This document shows positions 1 to 9,766 of a stretch of 64,000 nucleotides of DNA, in pieces. The notes under the pieces were generated by a model. It ran no database searches, was not told the origin of the DNA, and worked only from the letters and a program-made list of their open reading frames with translations. Source of the stretch: a virus; the IMG/VR virus record IMGVR_UViG_3300047548_001261, positions 1 through 64,000 of that record. One strand, written 5' to 3'. Position 1 is the first letter of the stretch; every line of letters begins with the position of its first letter. The position numbers were made by a program, and so were the translations under genes.

Positions 1-126
1 AACGTCAGTGCTGGTATCAACGTCAGTGCTGGTATCAACGTCAGTGCTGGTATCAACGTCAGTGCTGGTATCAACGTCAGTGCTGGTATCAACGTCAGTG
101 CTGGTATCAACGTCAGTGCTGGTATC
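1..126. repeat. 18-bp tandem repeat AACGTCAGTGCTGGTATC x7
   Basis: Directly visible; encodes (DTSTDV)n on the minus strand. Confidence 0.95.
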
Positions 127-804
127 AGGTAACACACAATTAATCAACCCATTGCCATCAATCCCTAAGGATTCCAGCATAGATTGATACACGGTTGTTA
201 TACCCTTAACTTTTGTCTCTAACGCTGTTTTGCCGCTATCAATCCACGCCAAGTTAAATGGTTCAGCTGACTTAATCAAAGCACTGTAAGTACGGGTAGT
301 TTTTAAAGCACTAGCCATTCCTGCGCTTGGTGCGGGTTTTTTGGCTATTCTTTCGCCCTTGTCGTTAAGGACAAACAAGCCTTGTTTCGTGTATTCGACA
401 CCGTGTTTAGCGCCTTTCAAAGCAATGGTGTCCTTATCATTGCAAAGCAACCCTCTCTCTTCAAGCGATTCAAGGTGCTGGATAGCATCTTGTTTCGTGC
501 TATCTATCAATGCAAGACGTTGATCTAGTGATAATTCACCAAACTTTGAGGCTTGTTTGAAGTTAAGGGTAATAGCCAGCTTAAAAGCCAGCCATTGATT
601 AGAATCGCCAATGAATGATCCGGCATATGTACTTAATAGGTCGTCATAACCTAATTTATTTAATTCATCAATACGCTTTTCTGTTTCGGCTTTTATTCTC
701 GCATTCAGCCTGCCCTGTTCAGCTGCGTGCAAGTCCATTTGATAGGCTTTCACGTCCACTAGGGGACGGTTTTTAGAGTTGGTTTTTTTAGTTGCAGTTT
801 TCAT
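1..804 (-). CDS. hypothetical protein (>=268 aa, runs off the window; C-terminal DTSTDV repeats)
   Basis: Manual translation from ATG at 804 (RBS AGGA upstream), MKTATKKTNSKNRPLVDV..., is open to position 1; absent from the ORF track because it has no stop in the window. Confidence 0.75.
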   Translation of the reverse strand, partial: MKTATKKTNSKNRPLVDVKAYQMDLHAAEQGRLNARIKAETEKRIDELNKLGYDDLLSTYAGSFIGDSNQWLAFKLAITLNFKQASKFGELSLDQRLALIDSTKQDAIQHLESLEERGLLCNDKDTIALKGAKHGVEYTKQGLFVLNDKGERIAKKPAPSAGMASALKTTRTYSALIKSAEPFNLAWIDSGKTALETKVKGITTVYQSMLESLGIDGNGLINCVLPDTSTDVDTSTDVDTSTDVDTSTDVDTSTDVDTSTDVDTSTDV

Positions 805-929
805 TGTCGTATTCCTATATAGGGTTAGTGAGTAGCGATATTGCTACCACGTTTTAAGTATAGCAGGTAGTATGCCAATAATGCAAGTGGTTGTTCTATC
901 TAAGGTTTATTAGCATACAGTCTTAAAAG

Positions 930-1260
930 ATAGTAAGTTGTAAAGAAAGTTGACAGGTGATTGACTTAAGTCATTGATTTATAACAGAGTGATAACTGTA
1001 AAGAAAACTGTAAAGAAAGCTGATAGTTTAGATAAGTGGTTGATTTATAAAGGTTTTAGGTGTAAAGAATCTTGACAGGAAGCAAGATGCGTGCCAAGAC
1101 CCGGGGGGCATTTTTGGCGGGCATGTCTTCGGCTGGGGGAGTGGAGTCTGCAAAGAGATTTTTGGCATGTTCCAAAAACCGTCCCACACCCAGCAACAAA
1201 ACCGTGATAAAATCCTCCCCGTAACAACAAAACCGTGATAAAATCCTCCCCGTAAAAAGC
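930..1260. promoter_or_regulatory. putative packaging (cos-like) or origin region with IHF consensus sites and direct repeats
   Basis: TAAnnnnTTGATT at 967 and 1033; TGTAAAGAA repeats at 939, 997, 1009, 1061; ~27-bp direct repeat AAAACCGTGATAAAATCCTCCCCGTAA at ~1198 and ~1229. Confidence 0.45.
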
Positions 1261-1315
1261 GGTAAAAATCATGTTCTTCACCCTACCCTACACCAAGCTA
1301 TTAAAGGTCATCCTA

Positions 1316-1543
1316 ATGAATCAAGCACAACTAGCCGAAACCCTAAACAACATCGCTGCCCAAAACAAAAAGGCCCACGATGAAATCAAAGCCGCCACAA
1401 CCTCCCTTATCGCCCAAGTCGCAGACCTGACCGATAAACTGGCCGGCGCTCCGATCTCAGACGAAGCCGTCGCAGCTTTGGCCCTCGTGCAAGAAACCTC
1501 ACAAGCAATCGACGACCTGAACCCGGACGCCGCTGCGGAATAA
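1316..1543 (+). CDS. small coiled-coil hypothetical protein
   Basis: ORF MNQAQLAETLNNIAAQ..., helical and acidic. Confidence 0.6.
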   Translation: MNQAQLAETLNNIAAQNKKAHDEIKAATTSLIAQVADLTDKLAGAPISDEAVAALALVQETSQAIDDLNPDAAAE

Positions 1544-1575
1544 ACCCCAATCCCCGGAGCAAGGACGCTCAAAAC

Positions 1576-3354
1576 CTATCTACGAACAAACCCCATACCT
1601 GCTGCCGCAAGGTTGCCCGCCTCTTGTCCGGCCCCGATAACTTGCCCGCCGACCGCAACCTTCCCCACCCCAACTCCAGGGAAGACCTTAGCCAAACCCC
1701 ACCTAGCCTCTACCGAGGAGAAGCCAGCAAAACAGTAACCGAGAGCGTGCCCAAAGTGATCCTCGCTGCTTGTCGAGGTCCACCTTTCCTCGATTCCTTT
1801 TGACGTTTGCACTTTAGCCTTTTTCAGCACACTTAAATGCGCTGACATCAAGTCCTCGCCCACCGGAAATCCAACCCTCCCGCCGTTCACCCACTGAGCC
1901 AGATCATCGAAATGGCCATCCCGCTCAATCTTGACCACGCCTTTATTATCATCCCATTGGTAAATATCCAATCCGGAAGCCCTTGCGTATTCGGCACCGT
2001 AACCTACACCCATTTGATGCGCGTGAAGCGACACAGAGTAGTCAGGCATAGCATCGATAACCATTCGAACAGATCGTGTCACACGAGCTAACCTGACGAG
2101 GTAGGCACCCAGGTTGCAGTCGGGAAGGTCGGCAACTTTTACTCTTTCGGCACAAATGATGTCAAGGCCCCTAGGAGAAGGCAGCCCGACGGTGACATGA
2201 GCAATCTTGCCCAAATCCACCCCGATGTAGACGCCGTAAATGCCGCCACGGAGGAGGTCGGCAAGGGTGACGCGCCTGACTACGGTGTTTCGGAGGATGA
2301 CGGACAAGAGGAAACTGTTTTCGGCGGATTCGTAGGCGAGACCGAGACGGAAATTGTTGTAATCGCTGTAAGAATAGTCTTTAACAGACCTGAGAATCTC
2401 TTGCAAGGGGTTGTACTTGGGCACGTCCCACGGTGATACTCTGAACCCTCGGCGCCAATGTCCAGGGAATTTATCTACCCATTGGCGCCTTTCTGGGTTA
2501 TTAAGTACCTCGCCGGTAATTTCCTCGCCGCAATGAGGGCATTTGTACCAACAACCCTCGATCCCAGGGTGCATAGCCATTTCCTTCCTCCACTCGGACA
2601 TTGGTTTGTCGGAAGCTGTACCGTAATTGAAGCCTGGGATCATTACGTCCGTCCAGAAGTTAAGCTCGACCCACTCGGAGCAGTGCTCGCACTTAACTAG
2701 GCGCACAGCTTGGGAACTATCTGCATACTTCTCTGAAATACCGTATCCTGGGAGCGTTGGGGTCGAGAAGTCCCTACGCAGTTTCAAATCACTGTGCTGC
2801 AGGCGAGAGTTATAAGAACCTAAAACTGTTTGCGAACAAAAATCATTTTCATCCACAATGATCATGTCCAAATCGAACGAGATAGCACTACTGGTCCCAC
2901 TAGTTCCGCGCATCAAGAGAAAACAAGAGCCGATCTTTTTCAGTGAAGTGTTGTCTGTGTCGGTACTGACAAGGCGGGAGATGACTGGGGAGTCGTCAAT
3001 GGTAGGGTTAACGCGGCTCTGCGTAAATTCCGAAGCAAATTTCGATGTCGGAAGTACGTATGCTGCCTTTAAATTATTGTGTTGAATAAGGAATGCTAGA
3101 ATAATCCTGATCTGTAAGGTACTTAACCCAGTCTGTGCGGGTTTGATTACACAAACTTCACGCACATCATCACCTTGGTTGGCAATATCTATTTGAAATT
3201 CGTGGTCGGCAAAAGACCAGTTCTTTCTACTGTCCTTTGGGTTTGTAAAGTTCTTTTCGATCCACTGACTTGTTACCAAGCTTGAACGGTCAATTTGAGC
3301 TTCAACCGATTGCCTAAATGTCTGTGCTACTGACGAAACTTTAAACGTACTCAC
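1576..3354 (-). CDS. terL: terminase large subunit, lambda gpA type
   Basis: KPAQTGLS Walker A, IIVDEND Walker B, STPT motif, CEHC...CPHC zinc pair, GVDLG nuclease motif. Confidence 0.9.
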   Translation of the reverse strand: MSTFKVSSVAQTFRQSVEAQIDRSSLVTSQWIEKNFTNPKDSRKNWSFADHEFQIDIANQGDDVREVCVIKPAQTGLSTLQIRIILAFLIQHNNLKAAYVLPTSKFASEFTQSRVNPTIDDSPVISRLVSTDTDNTSLKKIGSCFLLMRGTSGTSSAISFDLDMIIVDENDFCSQTVLGSYNSRLQHSDLKLRRDFSTPTLPGYGISEKYADSSQAVRLVKCEHCSEWVELNFWTDVMIPGFNYGTASDKPMSEWRKEMAMHPGIEGCWYKCPHCGEEITGEVLNNPERRQWVDKFPGHWRRGFRVSPWDVPKYNPLQEILRSVKDYSYSDYNNFRLGLAYESAENSFLLSVILRNTVVRRVTLADLLRGGIYGVYIGVDLGKIAHVTVGLPSPRGLDIICAERVKVADLPDCNLGAYLVRLARVTRSVRMVIDAMPDYSVSLHAHQMGVGYGAEYARASGLDIYQWDDNKGVVKIERDGHFDDLAQWVNGGRVGFPVGEDLMSAHLSVLKKAKVQTSKGIEERWTSTSSEDHFGHALGYCFAGFSSVEARWGLAKVFPGVGVGKVAVGGQVIGAGQEAGNLAAAGMGFVRR

Positions 3355-3545
3355 CGCTTACGCTCCACTTTAACAAATTCCGTACAGCTCACGACCCCAT
3401 CCACCCCACGGACGGGGTGGAAAAATTTCACCCGTCCCCCATCACCAACCTTTCTTTTATCGTCCCTGGCGCAAACAGGCTTCAAGGAGCAGCGCGTATT
3501 ACAACAGAAACACCAAGTAAGCCCTTTCACGCCCAGGTCTCCCAT
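3351..3545 (-). CDS. small Cys-rich hypothetical protein
   Basis: Short ORF overlapping the terL start by 4 nt. Confidence 0.45.
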   Translation of the reverse strand: MGDLGVKGLTWCFCCNTRCSLKPVCARDDKRKVGDGGRVKFFHPVRGVDGVVSCTEFVKVERKR

Positions 3546-3697
3546 TGTAATTTCACCCCTCGATCCCCTAAGCCCCAATTCCTTCCCTCGATCTGACCCT
3601 TGAAGGCAATGCCAGCGAAGTCACCGTCTTTACGACCAGTCTCGAAAACGTTAACTACTTGTTCTATAAAGAGCTTTTGTTCAGGTGAAAGGTTCAT
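3527..3697 (-). pseudogene. possible relic of a GH46 chitosanase-like endolysin N-terminus
   Basis: MNLSPEQKLFIEQVVNVFETGRKDGDFAG resembles the recalled 'QK..IVNVFETG...GDY' start of chitosanase-like lysins; only 56 aa. Confidence 0.35.
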
Positions 3698-3825
3698 AGT
3701 AGTAAATAAAATTTAGTTGAATGAAAATTATGTTTATCTTAATAGAAAAACGCATAAAAAAGGGCAAAATTCTATTAAGATAAACATAAATATTTATTAT
3801 TAAATATTTTATTTATATAAGAGGG

Positions 3826-4278
3826 TTACCCCCTTTCCTCCGACAACTCGTCAAACCTCTGGAAAAACCTTACCTGAGCAGGCTTATCCAAAGTTTCAAC
3901 TGCCTGAATTACCGCTGCCCGAAGGTGTTCGACCTCCCGGATATGGTCCAACTTCTCCCTGTTTCTTAAGAACAACTGAATCAAGGAATTAACCGAGGCG
4001 GAAAAGGACGCTAAAGCCCGTGTCTCAATGCCGGCCAACAGACCCTCATCGTCATCAAGAAGGCGGTCGCGTATTTTCAACACGAGCTCATACTGCTTCT
4101 GGACCTGATCCACGGATATGTTGTTAGAGGACGGGTCGTACCCAGATAACCTTAAAAGGGTAGCCTTCTGCTTGCCAGTTAATAAGCTCATGTGCTCTTC
4201 CAAGTCCACAAGAATTAAATCAAGTTCTGCTACTGCCTGATGGTAACTGGCTGCGCTATCTGTTGTTGGTTTGTTCAT
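3826..4278 (-). CDS. hypothetical protein, candidate terminase small subunit
   Basis: 150 aa, helical, upstream of terL on the same strand, divergent from portal. Confidence 0.45.
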   Translation of the reverse strand: MNKPTTDSAASYHQAVAELDLILVDLEEHMSLLTGKQKATLLRLSGYDPSSNNISVDQVQKQYELVLKIRDRLLDDDEGLLAGIETRALASFSASVNSLIQLFLRNREKLDHIREVEHLRAAVIQAVETLDKPAQVRFFQRFDELSEERG

Positions 4279-4320
4279 AAGTGTGTGTAATAATGAATAA
4301 TATTTAACTCGGACACTGCC

Positions 4321-5814
4321 ATGGCTGCTACCCCTCCTCCAATCAAACTTCCCACAAGGGTTGTTGCTACAAAAGTGCAGGTCTCGGATGTCGGGTACAG
4401 GAAGGATAAAGATACTGTCATTCCTGACCAGGAGCAGAAGTTCTTTAATACTGGGGTCAAGGACCTTCGCCAGTTAGATCACACCAGGGCGATCCGAATA
4501 CTGACGCGAGTCAACGGGACATTCAGCGCGGCACTTAATAGCTACTTGCAGCTGGCTATGTCTTCGGGATACAGAATCACAGGGTACTCTGCGGGCAGCC
4601 ACCAATTTGACCCTGGGGCGACATTAACCGCGATGACAATTGCGGCGTCGATGGATACATTGTACGACTACACCGAAGGGTTCTCAAGCAAACAATCTTT
4701 ATCTGGCACCCTGGAAACACTTTTAAAAGAGGTCTTACAAACCGGGGCATGTATGACGGAGCTTGTTTTGAACAAGTTTAAGCTGCCCGAGAACATAGTG
4801 TGTATACCGACGAACTCTATTGAATGGGTGTCCAAGCCGGACGGCGGGCGCTACCCACGACAGATTCCAACTGGAACCGGTGGCGACCCGATCAACTTAA
4901 ATTTGGCCACGGTGGATTACGCTGCCACGGCACAGCAAAGTAACAGCATATTTCCTCGAAGCCCGTTTGAGTCTGCGTTGAACACCGTCTACATGTTCAC
5001 CGAGTTGCTTGAGGATGTTTTCAAAGTTATCAGGAGATCGGGCCATTCCAGATTGGTAGCCAAGCTTCTACAGGAGGCTGTGCAGCAGATGGCTGACCCG
5101 GAAACACAGAACGATCCAGAGAAGATGGCACAGTTTTTTGAAACTGTCCGTAAACAGGTGCAGGATACCCTTAGCCAATTGGGTCCGGATGACGCCCTAG
5201 TCACTTACGATACCGTGGAAATCGACTCTATTTCTGCAAAAGGAGAGAAAGCGGACTATACTGCTATTCTGGAAACGATGGCAGGCATGTTGGCGTCATC
5301 TTTGAAGAGTATGCCGTCAGTGCTGGGGATGCGCGGTGCTGGCTCGCAATCTTTGTCGAACACTGAGAGTTTAATTTTTGTTAAAATGGCCGAGGGGGTT
5401 CGGGCGCCGGTTGAGACCGTTATGTCACGTGCGTTGACGTTGGCGACGCGGTTGGCAGGTGGGATGGATGCTTATGTTGAATTTAAATTCAAGCCAATTG
5501 AATTACGGACAGAGTCGGAATTGAGTGCACATAGGGCGGTACTGTTCCAAGATGTGATGAGGAAGCTGTCTATGGGTTACTATACGTCGCAAGAGGCAGC
5601 CCATGCTCTCGATATGTTCCCTATGTCTCCAGGAGCCCCTGACCTCTCAGGAAAACTCTTCATGGGAGAACTAACCGGGAGCGCGGGCGACCCGGGTATT
5701 CAGCCTAAAGACATGGCTACGCAAAATGATGGCGCCCAACAGAAATCTGGTAACGCTGGCACTAAAACTAGCGGAATTCCGCCGGCTAACGGGGGAGGCA
5801 ACCCAAAAGGGTAA
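4321..5814 (+). CDS. portal protein
   Basis: 497 aa, first gene of the head module, upstream of the S49 protease; low-complexity C-terminal tail. Confidence 0.8.
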   Translation: MAATPPPIKLPTRVVATKVQVSDVGYRKDKDTVIPDQEQKFFNTGVKDLRQLDHTRAIRILTRVNGTFSAALNSYLQLAMSSGYRITGYSAGSHQFDPGATLTAMTIAASMDTLYDYTEGFSSKQSLSGTLETLLKEVLQTGACMTELVLNKFKLPENIVCIPTNSIEWVSKPDGGRYPRQIPTGTGGDPINLNLATVDYAATAQQSNSIFPRSPFESALNTVYMFTELLEDVFKVIRRSGHSRLVAKLLQEAVQQMADPETQNDPEKMAQFFETVRKQVQDTLSQLGPDDALVTYDTVEIDSISAKGEKADYTAILETMAGMLASSLKSMPSVLGMRGAGSQSLSNTESLIFVKMAEGVRAPVETVMSRALTLATRLAGGMDAYVEFKFKPIELRTESELSAHRAVLFQDVMRKLSMGYYTSQEAAHALDMFPMSPGAPDLSGKLFMGELTGSAGDPGIQPKDMATQNDGAQQKSGNAGTKTSGIPPANGGGNPKG

Positions 5815-5816
5815 AT

Positions 5817-6542
5817 ATGATGATTAACACAGAAATGTTAGACGATGTACTGTTCGACAGCTTGAGAAAAGACCCGTCGAAAGAAAGCGGTTATGCAGGG
5901 TGTCATAAGACTGCGAACGGCAGTTGGAGGGCTGTACTTGGGGATAGAAAGAAGACGTTTAAATCTTTGTCGGATGCCGTGGCACACCTTAAATGGTTGG
6001 TTTTAAATAACCTACCGACTAGGCCGCCTAAAGAATTGACTCAGGACTACCTGAAAGAAATTCTGTCATATAACCCGGAGACGGGCAACTTTACTTGGAT
6101 ACAACCAAGAAGAGGGCATTTGGGACACCAAGAAGCTGGCAACCTTACAAAAACAGGATACATAAGAATCACTGTTGGTCGGCAAGAATTCTTCGCACAT
6201 AGGCTAGCTGTGTTGTACATGACTGGCGCATGGCCTACCCAGCATGTAGATCATGTAAACCAAGTGCGTAGAGATAACCGGTGGGTAAATATACGACAAG
6301 CCACAAGAAGCCAAAACGGGGTTAACGCCGGAAAGATGCGAAATAACACTTCTGGATTCAAGGGTGTACGGGCGTCTAAGAACAATAAGACAAACCCCTG
6401 GCAGGCACAAGCAGCACTTAACGGCAAGCAAGTACACATCGGATCCTACCCCACCCCCGAACTTGCCTACGAAGCTTATAAAACTTTTTGCCAAGAGCAC
6501 CATGGCGAATTCCTCCACCACACATTGAAGGCACAACCATGA
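5817..6542 (+). CDS. HNH homing endonuclease with AP2 domain
   Basis: LSYNPETGNFTW, AHRLA, VDHVN...DNRWVNIR, NNTSGFKGV, HIGSYPTPELA. Confidence 0.9.
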   Translation: MMINTEMLDDVLFDSLRKDPSKESGYAGCHKTANGSWRAVLGDRKKTFKSLSDAVAHLKWLVLNNLPTRPPKELTQDYLKEILSYNPETGNFTWIQPRRGHLGHQEAGNLTKTGYIRITVGRQEFFAHRLAVLYMTGAWPTQHVDHVNQVRRDNRWVNIRQATRSQNGVNAGKMRNNTSGFKGVRASKNNKTNPWQAQAALNGKQVHIGSYPTPELAYEAYKTFCQEHHGEFLHHTLKAQP

Positions 6543-7987
6543 CTGACCTATGGCTCGGCAGCATAGAATCGTTTGAGCGGGTACAGGAGATCGAAAGAAT
6601 GATCGCCAAAGCCCCCAAGTCCTTACGAAAGCAAGCCGAGGCTTACAACCTCAAGCGCCTCTCGATGTGGGGCGAACCCGGTGACGAGGGTTCCGTCGAA
6701 GATGAAGTGGAGCACTGGATGCTGGAAATGAACAACACCCTTGCGGTTATCTCTGTTGAAGGCCCTATGGTTGATGGCTCTGCAGGTTGGTTTGGCAGAT
6801 ACTTCGGGTATACCGGTTACGACGATATTAAAGAGGCGGCTATTTGCGGAATCAATGCTGGAGCCACGGATTTCCTATTTAGTTGGAAAACTCCTGGGGG
6901 CAGTGCTGCCGGCATTGAAGATACGTCCTATTTCCTGGAGCAGTTAGCCAAGGAGTTTCCCACAACCTCACACACTTCCAGCCAATGTTGCTCGGCAGGG
7001 TTCTGGCTGGCGACAGCTCTTGATGACTTTTACGCCACGCCTATGGCAGAGGTCGGCTCCATTGGTGTTGTCGCGGTTCATACAGAAGTGACAAAGATGC
7101 TGGAAATGGAAGGTATTTCCAAAACTGTGTTCCGCTCGGCGAAATACAAGCACATCGGAGGCCCTTACGAAGCACTAACGGATTTCAGCACAGGGGTTAT
7201 CCAAAACGACCTCGACAAAGCTCACCAATTTTTCGTCGACGTAGTGGTTAAGCACTGTAACTTGGACCCCGAATTCGTGGCCAACAGCATTGCCACAGGC
7301 CAGACATGGTACGGCGAAGAGGCTTTATCACTAGGCATTATTTCCGGGATCAAAACGTTTGACCAACTTTTAATTGCATTTTCAAAGAAAAGCGTCGAGA
7401 ATACAAACTATTACGGTATGAACTATTCTAAAGAGGGCGGTATGAAAAAAAGATTAATCACACCGGGGGTTGCTGGCGCTATCGCTTCCGGCATACCTCC
7501 CGAAAAAGCGTTGGAAGGTGCGCCTTTGGTTGACGAACCCGAAAAGGAAGTCGATGAACCCGAAGCAAAACCAGAAGCCAAGGCTGAGGACATACCCGGC
7601 ACATTGGAAGTTAAATCCGACGAGAATCTTCAAAACCAGCTGATCGACGCAAAAGTCGAGTTGCGCACGCTCTCGGCCAAACTGATCTCCCTGGAAGCAT
7701 CTCAAGACGGGCTTAAAAAGATTGCCGCACTGTCTATCCAACGAGCTTTCGCTGGTATCGGAAGTCCGGTCCCGGAAATGGAAAGCTTACTAGCTATGGA
7801 CCCTAGTTTGTTGATTCAACAACATGCTATGGCGGACGCACAATTGCAGAAAAAATACGGCAACGGAGGCAGAGTTTCTGTCGAAGTCGAAGAGGGTGGA
7901 GAAGAGGATGTGGCTGCAGAGGCAGCCACAAACTTCATGGAAGAAACCCTCCAGAATCTGGCAACATTCCGCCCACGCAACCCTTAA
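6539..7987 (+). CDS. prohead protease (S49/SppA family) with C-terminal scaffold-like region
   Basis: TPGGSAAG, CCSAGFWLA, VGSIGVVAVH, FRSAKYK; acidic coiled-coil C-terminus. Confidence 0.88.
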   Translation: MTDLWLGSIESFERVQEIERMIAKAPKSLRKQAEAYNLKRLSMWGEPGDEGSVEDEVEHWMLEMNNTLAVISVEGPMVDGSAGWFGRYFGYTGYDDIKEAAICGINAGATDFLFSWKTPGGSAAGIEDTSYFLEQLAKEFPTTSHTSSQCCSAGFWLATALDDFYATPMAEVGSIGVVAVHTEVTKMLEMEGISKTVFRSAKYKHIGGPYEALTDFSTGVIQNDLDKAHQFFVDVVVKHCNLDPEFVANSIATGQTWYGEEALSLGIISGIKTFDQLLIAFSKKSVENTNYYGMNYSKEGGMKKRLITPGVAGAIASGIPPEKALEGAPLVDEPEKEVDEPEAKPEAKAEDIPGTLEVKSDENLQNQLIDAKVELRTLSAKLISLEASQDGLKKIAALSIQRAFAGIGSPVPEMESLLAMDPSLLIQQHAMADAQLQKKYGNGGRVSVEVEEGGEEDVAAEAATNFMEETLQNLATFRPRNP

Positions 7988-8004
7988 TTAATAGAGGACC
8001 ACTA

Positions 8005-8454
8005 ATGTCTAATTTTCAATTCACAGAGTTAACCAGCTCCCCGTTGCCCGACATTGTCACGGCATGCCTCGGGACAGCCGCAAACGCTAAACTTGTGCAA
8101 GCCGATGTCGGCAAGCCCGTAAAACTGGGCGTCTTGAACAACTACGTTGTCTGTACAGCTGGCGACGAGATCGAAGGTTTCGTTGACACTGTCGATATTG
8201 GCACTTACAACGACGGCTTCTCTTGGGGCGGTGTAATCAAGAACAAGCGCAAGGTTGCAAAGGTTGATGCGGCCCAAGTGGGCGCAATCGGCATCCGCTC
8301 TTTGGTTGTTGCCGGCGCTTCTGCGGCTTTAGGCACAGCGGACGCTTACCCAAAAGTCAAATCCGGTTCGCCGACAGTTCACTTATGGCGCGTTATCAGT
8401 ATCGTTTCCGGTACGGGCGTCGCTGGCGACTTAGTCCTCATCGAAAGGATTTAA
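8005..8454 (+). CDS. head decoration/cement protein
   Basis: 149 aa, beta-rich, between protease and major capsid. Confidence 0.7.
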   Translation: MSNFQFTELTSSPLPDIVTACLGTAANAKLVQADVGKPVKLGVLNNYVVCTAGDEIEGFVDTVDIGTYNDGFSWGGVIKNKRKVAKVDAAQVGAIGIRSLVVAGASAALGTADAYPKVKSGSPTVHLWRVISIVSGTGVAGDLVLIERI

Positions 8455-8458
8455 TATC

Positions 8459-9637
8459 ATGGCAAACAAATCAAGTTTTAAAGGTGCGGATGGCAAGAAC
8501 CACGAGGTGGAGATTGACGTAACCGATTATTTAGCTGCCGCAGATCAGAAGATCAACCTGACACAGTACTATTCTCGCAAATTCCAAACAGCACCGGAGC
8601 AGCCCACTGCTTTCGAGCAAATGATTAGCCGCGCAGGTATCCGTTTACGTCCCGACGATGCACGCGGCATCCCTGCCTCCAGCCTTCACGAAATTTTCAA
8701 CGGTACTTTGGACAAGTCCATGGGTACGATCCTTCGTGGCGATGGTGCGGACCGTCAAACAACAACTGGCCGAATCTTGTTCCCGGAAATCATGCTTAAC
8801 TTGATTGCCGCGAACCTGATAGATAACAAAGACGACTATTTGTTGCCTTGGGAAGGTGCAATCGCATTGAAAACCACTGTAACCGGTGCCCGAGTTGACC
8901 AACCACGTATTGATGTGACCGCGCCCATGGCAAGTGCGTCAATGCCGGTCGCGCAATTGGCGGAACCTGCGACCATGGTGTCAATCACCTTGAGTGGAAA
9001 GTCTTACATCATCCCCTCTAAAGGGATTGGTCTGGCGGTTTCTGACCAAGCGTTGCAAGCTACTACCATTGATTTAGTCGGCATTACCATGGCTGCGCAA
9101 GCCAGAGGCGAACGTATTCGTCGACTGGAAGAGGACATGTCCAACATCATTAATGGTGATACGGATTTCGGCATTGCAGCAACACCTTTTGTGAATGCTT
9201 CAACCTTTGACTCCGCGATCCCTGGTACAGCCAAGATCACGAGACGTGGGTTCATTAAGTGGTTACGTCAGTATTACCAAAAAATGACGATTACTCACAT
9301 CATGGGCGACCTTGATGCTGCCTTGGATTTGGACCAGTATGCCCGCAACCCTAATGGTGTAACAGGCGACACTAAGTTCGAGCTCGACTGGTCAGTGATT
9401 AACGCTAACCTACCCAAACCACAGTTCCTGTCACTGCCGACATCCATCATTGGTGCAAACCGTTTGGTTGGTTTCGACAAAGCCAATGCGTTACACCAAA
9501 TCACCAACGTCTCTGCCAGTTACTCAGCGGTAGAGAATTTCGTGATGAGACGAGCCACTGAGTTCCGAGTGGATAGTGGTGTCCTGTTAGTGAAATTGTA
9601 TGACGAAGCGTTCCAAGGTTTGACGTTAGGCTCGTAA
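8459..9637 (+). CDS. major capsid protein
   Basis: 392 aa, canonical position, followed by a strong terminator. Confidence 0.8.
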   Translation: MANKSSFKGADGKNHEVEIDVTDYLAAADQKINLTQYYSRKFQTAPEQPTAFEQMISRAGIRLRPDDARGIPASSLHEIFNGTLDKSMGTILRGDGADRQTTTGRILFPEIMLNLIAANLIDNKDDYLLPWEGAIALKTTVTGARVDQPRIDVTAPMASASMPVAQLAEPATMVSITLSGKSYIIPSKGIGLAVSDQALQATTIDLVGITMAAQARGERIRRLEEDMSNIINGDTDFGIAATPFVNASTFDSAIPGTAKITRRGFIKWLRQYYQKMTITHIMGDLDAALDLDQYARNPNGVTGDTKFELDWSVINANLPKPQFLSLPTSIIGANRLVGFDKANALHQITNVSASYSAVENFVMRRATEFRVDSGVLLVKLYDEAFQGLTLGS

Positions 9638-9657
9638 GCTCTTAATTTTAGACGAAA

Positions 9658-9695
9658 ATAAAAAGGCCGAGAAGGTTAACCTTCTCGGCCTTTTT
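9658..9695 (+). terminator. intrinsic terminator (bidirectional form)
   Basis: AAAAGGCCGAGAAGG-TTAA-CCTTCTCGGCCTTTTT. Confidence 0.9.
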
Positions 9696-9766
9696 AATGC
9701 TTGTTCGAGCTTGAGTTTGAGGGGTATAATACGGTTCCTCACACCCTCCTAACTCCGACGAATACC

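Noticed and set aside
1-126. CRISPR array
   Set aside because: Contiguous 18-bp repeats without spacers, lying within a coding frame
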